This document shows positions 19,813 through 27,369 of a stretch of 64,000 bases of DNA, piece after piece (position 1 is the first letter of the stretch; each line of letters begins with the position of its first letter). Source of the stretch: Thermoproteota archaeon (GTDB taxonomy: Archaea > Thermoproteota > Thermoprotei > Thermoproteales > Thermocladiaceae). A program made the position numbers and the translations under genes. The notes beneath the pieces were generated by a model. It had not been told where the DNA came from. It did not search any database and saw nothing but the letters and a program-made list of their open reading frames with translations. The stretch spans positions 17,049-81,048 of the forward strand of contig JAADDN010000168.1 in NCBI GenBank assembly GCA_013153895.1. The letters are read 5' to 3'.

Positions 19813-20277
19813 TTATTGACGGCTTTTCAATATATTTATCCATGGATTATCCATTAAGTCCATTAGAATGTTATTATCATGTTTCTTCTCTGTATTACTC
19901 TCATTTTTATACTCTATCTTTTCTATACGTTCTCTAATGTATGATTTATCTATTTTTGATGAAAGTTCTTCAATTTTTCTTTCAAGAATTTCAATCCTAT
20001 TTTGTAAACTTTTAACTATAGTATACATATCTATACTAGACCTATCTTCTACATACATTGCAGTATTATTCACATCTCTACATGATAGTATTTTTCTGAG
20101 GTATGAAGTATCTAGCCTAAATGCTATATCTCTCATAGTTTCTAAACCTAGATGATCTATAAGCAGTTTCACTATTTCCGCACCAAGTTCTATGATTCTA
20201 CTCTGAGAAACATGCAACATATCTGCTAACTGTTCTATAAGTTTTTTAGTATGCTCTCTTACTGTTAGTGTAGGCAT
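19813..20277 (-). CDS. Ribbon-helix-helix (CopG/Arc-like) DNA-binding protein with a coiled-coil C-terminal half
   Basis: MPTLTVREHTKKLIEQLADMLHVSQSRIIELGAEIVKLL fits a strand-helix-helix pattern. It is the only normal-composition ORF inside the 3.6-kb gap. Confidence 0.65.
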   Translation of the reverse strand: MPTLTVREHTKKLIEQLADMLHVSQSRIIELGAEIVKLLIDHLGLETMRDIAFRLDTSYLRKILSCRDVNNTAMYVEDRSSIDMYTIVKSLQNRIEILERKIEELSSKIDKSYIRERIEKIEYKNESNTEKKHDNNILMDLMDNPWINILKSRQ

Positions 20278-21082
20278 GTATATTATAGATATATGAGATA
20301 TATAAACATTCTTGATTAATCATGAAAGATGAGATTGATAATATTCATAAAATATATCTAAATTATATTTATCATGTAGACGTGTCGTCGTTCAACGTAT
20401 TACCGTACTAATATGATTCTATGTTTCTATTTCTAGAATATTGTTACATGTTTGATATAGTAGTTATAGATGGTTTTTGAAGGTTTATCTATATTATTTA
20501 GAATGTATATAAATGATGTGACTGACCAGGTAACAGAGTTGGTAGGGGTCTAGGACTACCTCATAGGATGGAATTGTTCTTCATTTTTTAATTGTTAATC
20601 TATGTATCTATATGTACTATAGGTTACATTTATTTTGTCTAGTTTTTAGACGTGGTTAAAATATTTATTTTCATGTATATACTTGTTACCGTGTTTTGTA
20701 TTATTTTCAGTGTTTTTAGAACGTTCTTATCAGTGTATAATATCTATTATCTATGCTATGTTATATGTATTATGATTATCTGTGTATATTATTCTCTTAT
20801 TATAACATGTTTGGGAGCTAATTGAAACTAATTGAAGTGAAGTTGGGTATTTTTCATGTTTTATATGTTCTATGTTTTTGTGTGTTGTTTTATGTGTTTT
20901 GTTGTTGTTTGATTGGTTTTTCTTTGGTCTTGGTTCTGTTTCTGGTCTGTGCTTGTTTTTGTGTTTTTGTCTTTTAGGATGGCATTTAATTGGACATGCA
21001 TTATATGTATTTTTATGTTGTTTTATGTACTTAATTAAACGTTAATTGATTTCTTGTTCCTGTTCTGTGATTTATTTTTGAT

Positions 21083-21121
21083 GGTTTATGTATTTTTGTG
21101 ATATACATTAGGGGTCAATTA
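21083..21121 (+). repeat. Iteron-like module, copy 1
   Basis: GGTTTATGTATTTTTGTGATATACATTAGGGGTCAATTA. Confidence 0.7.
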
Positions 21122-21243
21122 ACGTATGATTAAGTGTGTTAGTATTTATAAAAATACATTTAATGCATGCTCAATTAGGTCACTGGGTCTGAGTCTACGT
21201 GTCCGTTGGCTGTGCATTATGGTGTTAATATGTGATTATTATT

Positions 21244-21274
21244 GTATTTTTGTGAGATACATTAGGGGTTAATT
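21244..21274 (+). repeat. Iteron-like module, copy 2
   Basis: GTATTTTTGTGAGATACATTAGGGGTTAATT matches 21090-21120 at 29 of 31 positions (counted). Confidence 0.7.
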
Positions 21275-21315
21275 GGTCATGGTCCTATGTGGTAGTTGGG
21301 TGTGTTCTGATTGTT

Positions 21316-21334
21316 CAATTAGTCCCTAATGTAC
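21316..21334 (-). repeat. Inverted copy of the TACATTAGGG-N-CAATT core
   Basis: The reverse complement reads GTACATTAGGGACTAATTG. Another inverted core, CCTAATGTA, lies at 21507-21515. Confidence 0.6.
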
Positions 21335-21847
21335 TTGATAAAAGGTTATTGATGTATGTTTTTGGTGACCATAATGTATGGCTAATTATGTGTATGTTTT
21401 TGATCTTTTGTTATCATGTTTATTCGTTTAATGCATCTGCGGTTAGCTGGACTCTAGTGCAGCTAGTTATTTTATGTGTATTTATAACTTTTTATGATGG
21501 GGACGACCTAATGTATCCATGATGTGGTATTTTTCTCAAGTACATTGATATAATATAGGTTATAGATGTTTGTTATTGGTGTTTAATGTTTAGATGTTAG
21601 GTGATATGGAGTTGAAATGGGGGTTATAGAATTTCTATGTATTATTATACTGTTATGGTTATTAATGTTTTCTATTGTTTTTTATGTTTCTTAATTACTG
21701 GGTTTTCACAAGTTTTCTAGTTTGTGAATTGTTTCAGAATTTAAAATGTATAGTTATGTTGTTTTTTATATTTTTATGATATATGTCTGATATGTTTGTA
21801 TGTGGTTTATTGTTTTTGGTATCATGTTTTTGCTCTGTTTTTGTGTT

Positions 21848-21880
21848 GGTTTATGTATTTTTGGCAGGTACATTAGGGAG
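21848..21880 (+). repeat. Iteron-like module, copy 3 (more diverged)
   Basis: GGTTTATGTATTTTTGGCAGGTACATTAGGGAG. The first 15 nt are identical to 21083-21097. Confidence 0.6.
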
Positions 21881-22133
21881 TTTTGGAACAATAGTATTTG
21901 TTATTGTGTTTTTATGTTTTTGTTTGGTGTTTTGTGTTGTTTTTCGTGTTTGTGGTTTATTGTTTTTCATTGTTGTTTTGTTTTCTTTTCTATGTTTTGT
22001 TTCTCGGTTTTATGTCAATGTACTTCAGATTTTTGTTAGTGTTCTTGTGCTTCTAATGTGTTGGGGATCTGGCTGCAGGTAGTGCGGCTGTGCTGTATGT
22101 TCCTATTATTAATCTTGTTAGTTAGATAGTTCT

Positions 22134-22640
22134 ATGAGGCTGTATGTTCCGTCTAGTCTGGATGAGGCTAGGAGTGTTGTTCCTGGGATTGATGAGGAGA
22201 GGTTCAGGAAGTGGAGGCGTGAGGGTGCTGTTGAGCTTGTTCTTGAGGAGGTTTATGAGGTTGATAATGGGTCTGCATATGTTTTCAGGGATCGTACGGA
22301 GCTTGCATTGACGGGTCATAGGGTTGAGCTTGTTGAGAGGAGTGGACGTTCTATCTATGTTCTATGTCCTGATGCTGTGTATGTGCTTGTTACTGAGAGG
22401 ATTAATGTTCCTAGGAGGCTTCTACCTATAGATTTTAGACCGAGGTCAAGTATTGTACGTGCGGGATGGAATATTGCTACTGCTAATATTGATCCAGGTT
22501 TTAGAGGGAGGCTAATAGTTACATTATATACAGGGAGCAGAGTTACATTATATCTAGAGGATAGATGTAGAATAGTCCAGGTAAGGTTTCTCGAGCTGGA
22601 TAGTGAAGTAGAGGGATATTCAGGTCAGTGGAATGAGTAG
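22134..22640 (+). CDS. dCTP deaminase/dUTPase-family enzyme
   Basis: NIDPGFRGRLIVTLYTGSRVTLYLEDRCRIVQVRF matches the DPGF(R/K)G...Q signature of the trimeric dCTP deaminase/archaeal dUTPase family. Confidence 0.8.
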   Translation: MRLYVPSSLDEARSVVPGIDEERFRKWRREGAVELVLEEVYEVDNGSAYVFRDRTELALTGHRVELVERSGRSIYVLCPDAVYVLVTERINVPRRLLPIDFRPRSSIVRAGWNIATANIDPGFRGRLIVTLYTGSRVTLYLEDRCRIVQVRFLELDSEVEGYSGQWNE

Positions 22641-23001
22641 GAGATATACTACTATAACAGTTGAACGTGAGGTGAAGGAGAAGCTTGAGGAGATTATACG
22701 GGAAGCTGTCGGCGAGGTCTCATGGAACGAGCTGTTTAGGAAGATGGTGAGCAATAGAACGCTTACATTATCCTATATTAGGAAGCTGTATGCAGGCATA
22801 GTAGAGGAGGATCTTCTAAAGATAATGGTAAACATAGTAGAACTGTTATATATATCAATGAGGAAGAATGGACAGTTAAAAGATAAGGAAACTAGAATAC
22901 TACTATATTTAACGGTTAGAAATATTAGAGAGAAATTGAAGGAGCATGGTATGGAGGATGAACGGGTAGAGAGAATATATGAGGAGCTTACAGGAAGCTA
23001 A
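22633..23001 (+). CDS. Hypothetical protein, possibly with an RHH-like N-terminus
   Basis: ATG overlaps the end of the dUTPase gene. TTITVEREVKEKLEEIIRE has a strand-helix pattern. Confidence 0.6.
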   Translation: MSRRYTTITVEREVKEKLEEIIREAVGEVSWNELFRKMVSNRTLTLSYIRKLYAGIVEEDLLKIMVNIVELLYISMRKNGQLKDKETRILLYLTVRNIREKLKEHGMEDERVERIYEELTGS

Positions 23002-23309
23002 TCACTATAGAACATTGGTCTAATCTTCTCACCGATCTCAACATCTTTAACATGTCTCTCAACTACTATAAAGCTCCTAGACTCCTCATCATATATAGCT
23101 ACGAACCTCGTAGGATGAAGCTCATGAGAGATAAATGCAGCAGCCCAGGGAACCCTAGTAACTATACAGTATCCCCTGTTAAGCGGTAGCTGTCTAAGCT
23201 CTCTCTCAAGATACTCGAAGACTTCCCTAGTAGGCTGTAGCTCTCTATCATTAACCTCTATAACTGTACATGGTTCTGCTGGTATTATCCTGAGAAGGTT
23301 CCTCCTCAT
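22998..23309 (-). CDS. Divergent Csx3-like protein (second copy)
   Basis: VTRVPWAAAFISHELHPTRFVAIYDEESRSFIVVERH aligns with the ISGRGPxWL...FVAVYDPR...VVV core of Csx3. It is the last gene of the operon with 23351-23641. Confidence 0.55.
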   Translation of the reverse strand: MRRNLLRIIPAEPCTVIEVNDRELQPTREVFEYLERELRQLPLNRGYCIVTRVPWAAAFISHELHPTRFVAIYDEESRSFIVVERHVKDVEIGEKIRPMFYSD

Positions 23310-23350
23310 TGAAGAAAGAGGTGTGGAGGAGACTGAGAAATCTTACCCTC

Positions 23351-23641
23351 CTATTCTAGCTTGAACATCTGTCCTCTCATTGGTCCTGAAGTTACTATAC
23401 AGGCATTCATTCTCGGCTCATATGTTGCAACTATGTCACCCTCCTTAGCAAGCTCTATGCTGAGAGCAGAGTATAGCCATACTGGTCCTCTCCCTGATAT
23501 GCATACTGGCTTCTCGCTCTTTATCTCAGGCATTGACTGTATCACCTCATTAAGCTCTGATGGCTCTAGTATTCCACCCTCTATCTCGAACTTCAGTAGT
23601 AGAACATTCTTCTTGTCCTCGACCTCCCATCTAACTGGCAT
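23351..23641 (-). CDS. csx3: Csx3 (Crn3-type cyclic tetra-adenylate ring nuclease) homolog
   Basis: 96 aa. KFEIE, CISGRGPVWLYSAL and VATYEPRMNACIV are collinear with A. fulgidus Csx3 as I recall it (HFEIE, ISGRGPIWLHCFL, VAVYDPRLGAVVV). Confidence 0.75.
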   Translation of the reverse strand: MPVRWEVEDKKNVLLLKFEIEGGILEPSELNEVIQSMPEIKSEKPVCISGRGPVWLYSALSIELAKEGDIVATYEPRMNACIVTSGPMRGQMFKLE

Positions 23642-23666
23642 ATGTACATGTACTATGATTCTCTTA

Positions 23667-24305
23667 TTAAGAATTATCTCTGTTTCTCATCTTCTCCTCA
23701 TCATATACGAACATTACTATCCTCATTGTCAGCCTGTTAACAGCATCTTTAAGAGGTAGTGGTGGACTAGGAGCATTCTCTCTTGTGAGACCAGTAAGAA
23801 TACATGTACCTGTCTCAAAGTCTACTCTCGGCTCTCCCTCTAGAGCTGACTCGCATATAGCTACTATATCTACGTTAGGAGTCCTCGATTTTATCTGGTT
23901 AACCCATCCCATCACACAGCTCTCAAAGTCATCTCTCCTGCATAGCACTATGACGCCATCAACATTTCTAAGAATCTTCTCGTTCTCAGCTGTTACTCTT
24001 ATAGGAGGCTTTCCTCCTCCTATATCTACTATAACAATATCAATATTATTATTCTTTCTAAGACCCTCCAATGATCTGACAATCCATTCAAGCTTCTTCT
24101 CAACATTCTGTCTAGATATCTCTTTCAACCTAGTCCTAAGCTCCTCTCTAAGAGACTCTAAGTACCAGGGAGGAGTAGGACTATATAGCTCAGCATCTTG
24201 AAACATTGTTCTTATACCTGACTCTGCAAGTGTACGATATATTAAATGTGATAGAACGCTCTTACCAGTATTGGGATCACCTACAACACCTATAATCCTA
24301 GCCAT
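23667..24305 (-). CDS. P-loop NTPase (SIMIBI-like), possibly a Clp1/Grc3-type polynucleotide kinase
   Basis: Walker A VVGDPNTGKSV and Walker B-like VIVDIGGG. The kinase assignment is inferred only from resemblance to the GxxDxGKS...DxGQ pattern. Confidence 0.7.
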   Translation of the reverse strand: MARIIGVVGDPNTGKSVLSHLIYRTLAESGIRTMFQDAELYSPTPPWYLESLREELRTRLKEISRQNVEKKLEWIVRSLEGLRKNNNIDIVIVDIGGGKPPIRVTAENEKILRNVDGVIVLCRRDDFESCVMGWVNQIKSRTPNVDIVAICESALEGEPRVDFETGTCILTGLTRENAPSPPLPLKDAVNRLTMRIVMFVYDEEKMRNRDNS

Positions 24306-24339
24306 ATAGGATAATACTCTTCTACATGTCTAAAATATT

Positions 24340-25476
24340 ATGAGCTTCTACCCTACAGAGCAGGAGAAGGAGAGCATACGTGTAATGATAGATGGACTGA
24401 TAGATCTGTTGAGAAGAGAGCTGGAGAGGAGAGGAGTACGGTTCTATAAGATAGTTCCAGGAGGCTCAACAGCACAGGGAACCTTCCTACATGGTGATCA
24501 TGATATAGATATTTTCATAGTAACATCAGAGCCAGACAGAGCAATCAGAGTAGTCAGAGAGCTGTTTCCAAGAGGAGTCGAGAAGAAGGGAGAGCTAGAG
24601 ATATGGAACACACATGTAGACGATTATAATATTGATATAGTAGCAGTTAATCCAGAAACCGTAGAAAGATGGTTCACACTTAAACATACTGAGATCTATT
24701 CAAAGATGAGTAATGAACAGAAAAGAATAGCGATAGCACTGAAGGCACTGTTCAAAACATGGTGCGCATATGGAGCAGAGAACGGGGGAATAAGTGGAGT
24801 AGCAGTTGAGGAGCTCGTGAGAAGATTCACAGAGCCAGGAGATACCGTAGACAGAGGAATAGTCAAAGTATGTGAACAGATAGTCATACATGAAGAACCA
24901 TTCTGGCTGCAGGACCCAGCAGCAGAGAGACATGGAATACCTAGGAACCTCCTAGCATCAGTAGTAGAAGAAAAGTGGAGCCTACTACAGAAAGCGTGTA
25001 TAGAATATTTCAACACACGTCAGATACCATATACACCACCAGGAGCGGAGAAATATAGATTCATAAGAGAAAGCGAGGGATGGAAAACAATACAGCTAGA
25101 ATCAACAGGAAACAAGCACCTAGACTTCCACAAGACCAGAAGCATCTGCATAACATACTGTAACAAGCTGAGAAACAGTGAAAAAGATGTACAAGAATGC
25201 ATCTGCGACTCATATAGCGATGGAAAGAAGGTGATAGTAGCAGTAAAAGTACCAGAACAGTTACCACCATATAGGACAGTCTGCATAGAGCCTTGGAAGA
25301 TAGGTAGAGAAGCAGTAGAAAATTTCATAGAAAAGCATCCAGATTATTATATAGATAATTATGGTAGAATATGTACAACAGTACCAAGAAAAATAACAAG
25401 ACCATTCGAATATATTAAACAAAACATAGAGAAAGAATGGGAAAGATATCTAAAAGAGAAGACAAGACACAGCTAG
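24340..25476 (+). CDS. cca: Class I (archaeal-type) CCA-adding tRNA nucleotidyltransferase homolog
   Basis: GGSTAQGTFLHGDHDIDIFIV (GS...DxD), IDIVAV, ERWFTLKHTE, ALKALFKTWCAYGAENGGISGVAVEELV and FWLQDPAAERHGIPRNL are collinear with A. fulgidus CCA enzyme motifs. Confidence 0.75.
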   Translation: MSFYPTEQEKESIRVMIDGLIDLLRRELERRGVRFYKIVPGGSTAQGTFLHGDHDIDIFIVTSEPDRAIRVVRELFPRGVEKKGELEIWNTHVDDYNIDIVAVNPETVERWFTLKHTEIYSKMSNEQKRIAIALKALFKTWCAYGAENGGISGVAVEELVRRFTEPGDTVDRGIVKVCEQIVIHEEPFWLQDPAAERHGIPRNLLASVVEEKWSLLQKACIEYFNTRQIPYTPPGAEKYRFIRESEGWKTIQLESTGNKHLDFHKTRSICITYCNKLRNSEKDVQECICDSYSDGKKVIVAVKVPEQLPPYRTVCIEPWKIGREAVENFIEKHPDYYIDNYGRICTTVPRKITRPFEYIKQNIEKEWERYLKEKTRHS

Positions 25477-25486
25477 ATGCAGTATA

Positions 25487-25609
25487 ATGCATATACATGC
25501 ATTTAGATACTATAAACAATAATAAAAGAACAATACATTACTATATATTATACAATATATCACAATGCATTGCAATGCAATATACTGCATATATATGCAT
25601 ATACATGCA
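25487..25609. repeat. ATGCAT-rich convergent intergenic element with a 15-nt direct repeat
   Basis: ATGCATATACATGCA occurs at 25487-25501 and 25595-25609. Further AATGCAT/TGCAAT units lie near 25563-25580. Confidence 0.55.
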
Positions 25610-25650
25610 GTCACAGTCACCTGTTTAAATATTCGCTACCACAACAAGCA

Positions 25651-26934
25651 TTAGAATATGCTACACGACCCACCTAGCGGACAGATATCAGGTACATAGA
25701 GCCTACTATCAAACATGTTGAAGTGATATAAGTGACCACTCTCTAACAGTCTCTTACATAGGTTTCTTCTAGTTATTTTCGATAGATAACATATGTCCCA
25801 GCTCGCGAAGTCACCACCAACATACTTAAACGATAATTTCTCCAATAGTGGCTTAAGGAACCAGAAGTATACCTTTTCTGGCGGTACCTGTGCTAGCTCT
25901 GGTATTGTCGGCTTATACATTAATGGCAGTATCGATAGTCTAGACTCTATATAGCTTGCAGAAGCATAGTCGAGACCCATAGTAATATCTAGAACATCAT
26001 CATAAGCCGTATCTCTATCTTTCCAACATGCTAGAACCATCAGACACGTCTTAACGTCAAGATCATTAAGTAGCTTAAACGTGTCAGTAATATACTTCAA
26101 GTCATGTGCAACATTTATCAGACCCATATTCTGCATCCACTTTGGTCTAAATGACCATCCAATACATATCTTACTCATATCTACATCATTGTTCTCTAAT
26201 CTGCTAACCAACTCAAACGGCATTGATGTTGAGATCGTGTAGTATGTATATACGTCCATTATGTTTCTACCACGTCTATCATAGAACTCAATTATGTAAT
26301 CACAATACTTGTTTAGATCAACACTGTATCCACTTGGTAGATCCATGCCACGTATAATATATCTTAGATCAGTTACGCGGTATAGGTCATCTATTAAATC
26401 ATTAAGCACTAGATATGGCTCACACGACCCACCAAATGATATCGAGAGATGATAAGTCGGTGGAAGCCCCCTACTATTCTTCTCTCTAATAGTCCTATAA
26501 AGAAGCTTAAGCAGTAGATTCCTTACGGCAGATACGGTCCCAGACTTAACACATGTTACATATCTCGTCCTAGAACCATAGCCTGGCGACTGAGCATAAC
26601 AGAATCTGCATCCTATTGGGCAAGTTCTCTTGTATGATACTACGAGCATTATAGCACTATCATAATCATTATCCTCAATATCTAGGTAAAAATACTCAAA
26701 ACCATTTCCACCTAATGAAGCAATTGGCAGATCACTATCCTGCCTATAATCATCTATAGTTGTAATTATTTTCTCACTACCTCTAACATATATATCATAT
26801 AGCAATCTATCAGCATCTCGTATATTTAAGACATCATCAGCAGATGAACCTCCATAACTATTATCACTATACTTTATACTCAATCTTAATCTAGAACAGT
26901 TGAACTGTATTTGAGAAAGAACCAACTTCCTCAT
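25651..26934 (-). CDS. Radical SAM enzyme with an N-terminal extension of about 100 aa and a C-terminal Cys cluster
   Basis: CPIGCRFCYAQ (CxxxCxxC) at about residue 104. Four Cys in the last 50 aa or so (DICY...NLCK...DICPLGGSCSIF). Confidence 0.85.
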   Translation of the reverse strand: MRKLVLSQIQFNCSRLRLSIKYSDNSYGGSSADDVLNIRDADRLLYDIYVRGSEKIITTIDDYRQDSDLPIASLGGNGFEYFYLDIEDNDYDSAIMLVVSYKRTCPIGCRFCYAQSPGYGSRTRYVTCVKSGTVSAVRNLLLKLLYRTIREKNSRGLPPTYHLSISFGGSCEPYLVLNDLIDDLYRVTDLRYIIRGMDLPSGYSVDLNKYCDYIIEFYDRRGRNIMDVYTYYTISTSMPFELVSRLENNDVDMSKICIGWSFRPKWMQNMGLINVAHDLKYITDTFKLLNDLDVKTCLMVLACWKDRDTAYDDVLDITMGLDYASASYIESRLSILPLMYKPTIPELAQVPPEKVYFWFLKPLLEKLSFKYVGGDFASWDICYLSKITRRNLCKRLLESGHLYHFNMFDSRLYVPDICPLGGSCSIF

Positions 26935-27069
26935 TAAATATATTGGTAGCTAAGTAAGATAAAACCGTTAAAACAACATAACTATATAGAAAAACAGGTA
27001 ATAGCACATGAAAATAGATAACACAGGAAAAAGGAAGAAGAAAATAGGAGAGAAAGAATAGAAAGAAAA

Positions 27070-27243
27070 TTAGACTAGCCCCTGAATACACTTCTCATAA
27101 CAATCACATGCTAATTTATTTTCACAGTCACATACCTCCCAGCACATTAGGTCTTCAAGTTCCTCCTCATCAATATCATTAGAAAGATTATACTTCCTAA
27201 CAATATTTTCAATTAATTGATCATTAATATTTTTTATTGTCAT
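27070..27243 (-). CDS. Small Cys-rich acidic peptide (57 aa). Candidate RiPP precursor or zinc-binding miniprotein.
   Basis: Below the ORF-track length cutoff. Translated base by base: MTIKNINDQLIENIVRKYNLSNDIDEEELEDLMCWEVCDCENKLACDCYEKCIQGLV. TATA-like TTAAATATT is centred about 25 nt upstream. Confidence 0.5.
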   Translation of the reverse strand: MTIKNINDQLIENIVRKYNLSNDIDEEELEDLMCWEVCDCENKLACDCYEKCIQGLV

Positions 27244-27263
27244 GTGACTGAACTATCTTAACT

Positions 27264-27272
27264 AATATTTAA
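27264..27272 (-). promoter_or_regulatory. TATA-like box for the 57-aa ORF
   Basis: The reverse strand reads TTAAATATT, centred about 25 nt from the ATG at 27243. Confidence 0.45.
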
Positions 27273-27369
27273 CCTTTATACCATTCACATAATATATATT
27301 ATGTATTATTCACGTTTTCTAGAAAACATGGAGAAGAGAAAAAGAAGGAAAACAATGCTCTGTATGCTA

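Larger units (their letters stand above)
20278..22133. promoter_or_regulatory. AT-rich core plus G+T-rich arm carrying iteron-like repeats. Candidate origin or control region.
   Basis: Positions 21901-21960 contain 56/60 G+T (counted), the mirror image of the left arm. Repeated TACATTAGGG and AATGCAT / CAATTR motifs. The flanking operons are transcribed divergently. Confidence 0.5.

Noticed and set aside
19633-20656. Inverted 8-mers GACGTGGT (19633-19640 as reverse complement, 20649-20656) and TAGACGTG (near 20383) flanking the RHH gene
   Set aside because: They are too short to distinguish from chance without statistics. They are mentioned only because they resemble the arms of the 11636-11660 hairpin.
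20980-21900. Possible CRISPR array, given the recurring 30-nt units
   Set aside because: There are only three direct copies, at irregular spacing (about 150 and about 600 nt). Inverted copies are interspersed, and no cas genes are present.
21289-22082. ORFs 21289-21522, 21783-22082 and 21800-22039 in the right arm
   Set aside because: The same composition-driven artefact applies (G+T-rich + strand). Two of them overlap in different frames, and one has only a GTG start.
25651-26934. The radical SAM protein as the missing NrdG activase for NrdD
   Set aside because: NrdG proteins are much shorter and carry the CxxxCxxC motif near the N-terminus. Here the motif is at about residue 104 of 427 aa, and the gene is 23 kb from nrdD.
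26891-27091. Track ORF of 66 aa (MYSGASLIFFLFFLSYFLLPF...) between the Cys-rich peptide and the radical SAM gene
   Set aside because: F/L/S-rich low-complexity translation with a non-ATG start. It overlaps both the radical SAM start and the end of the small peptide ORF.
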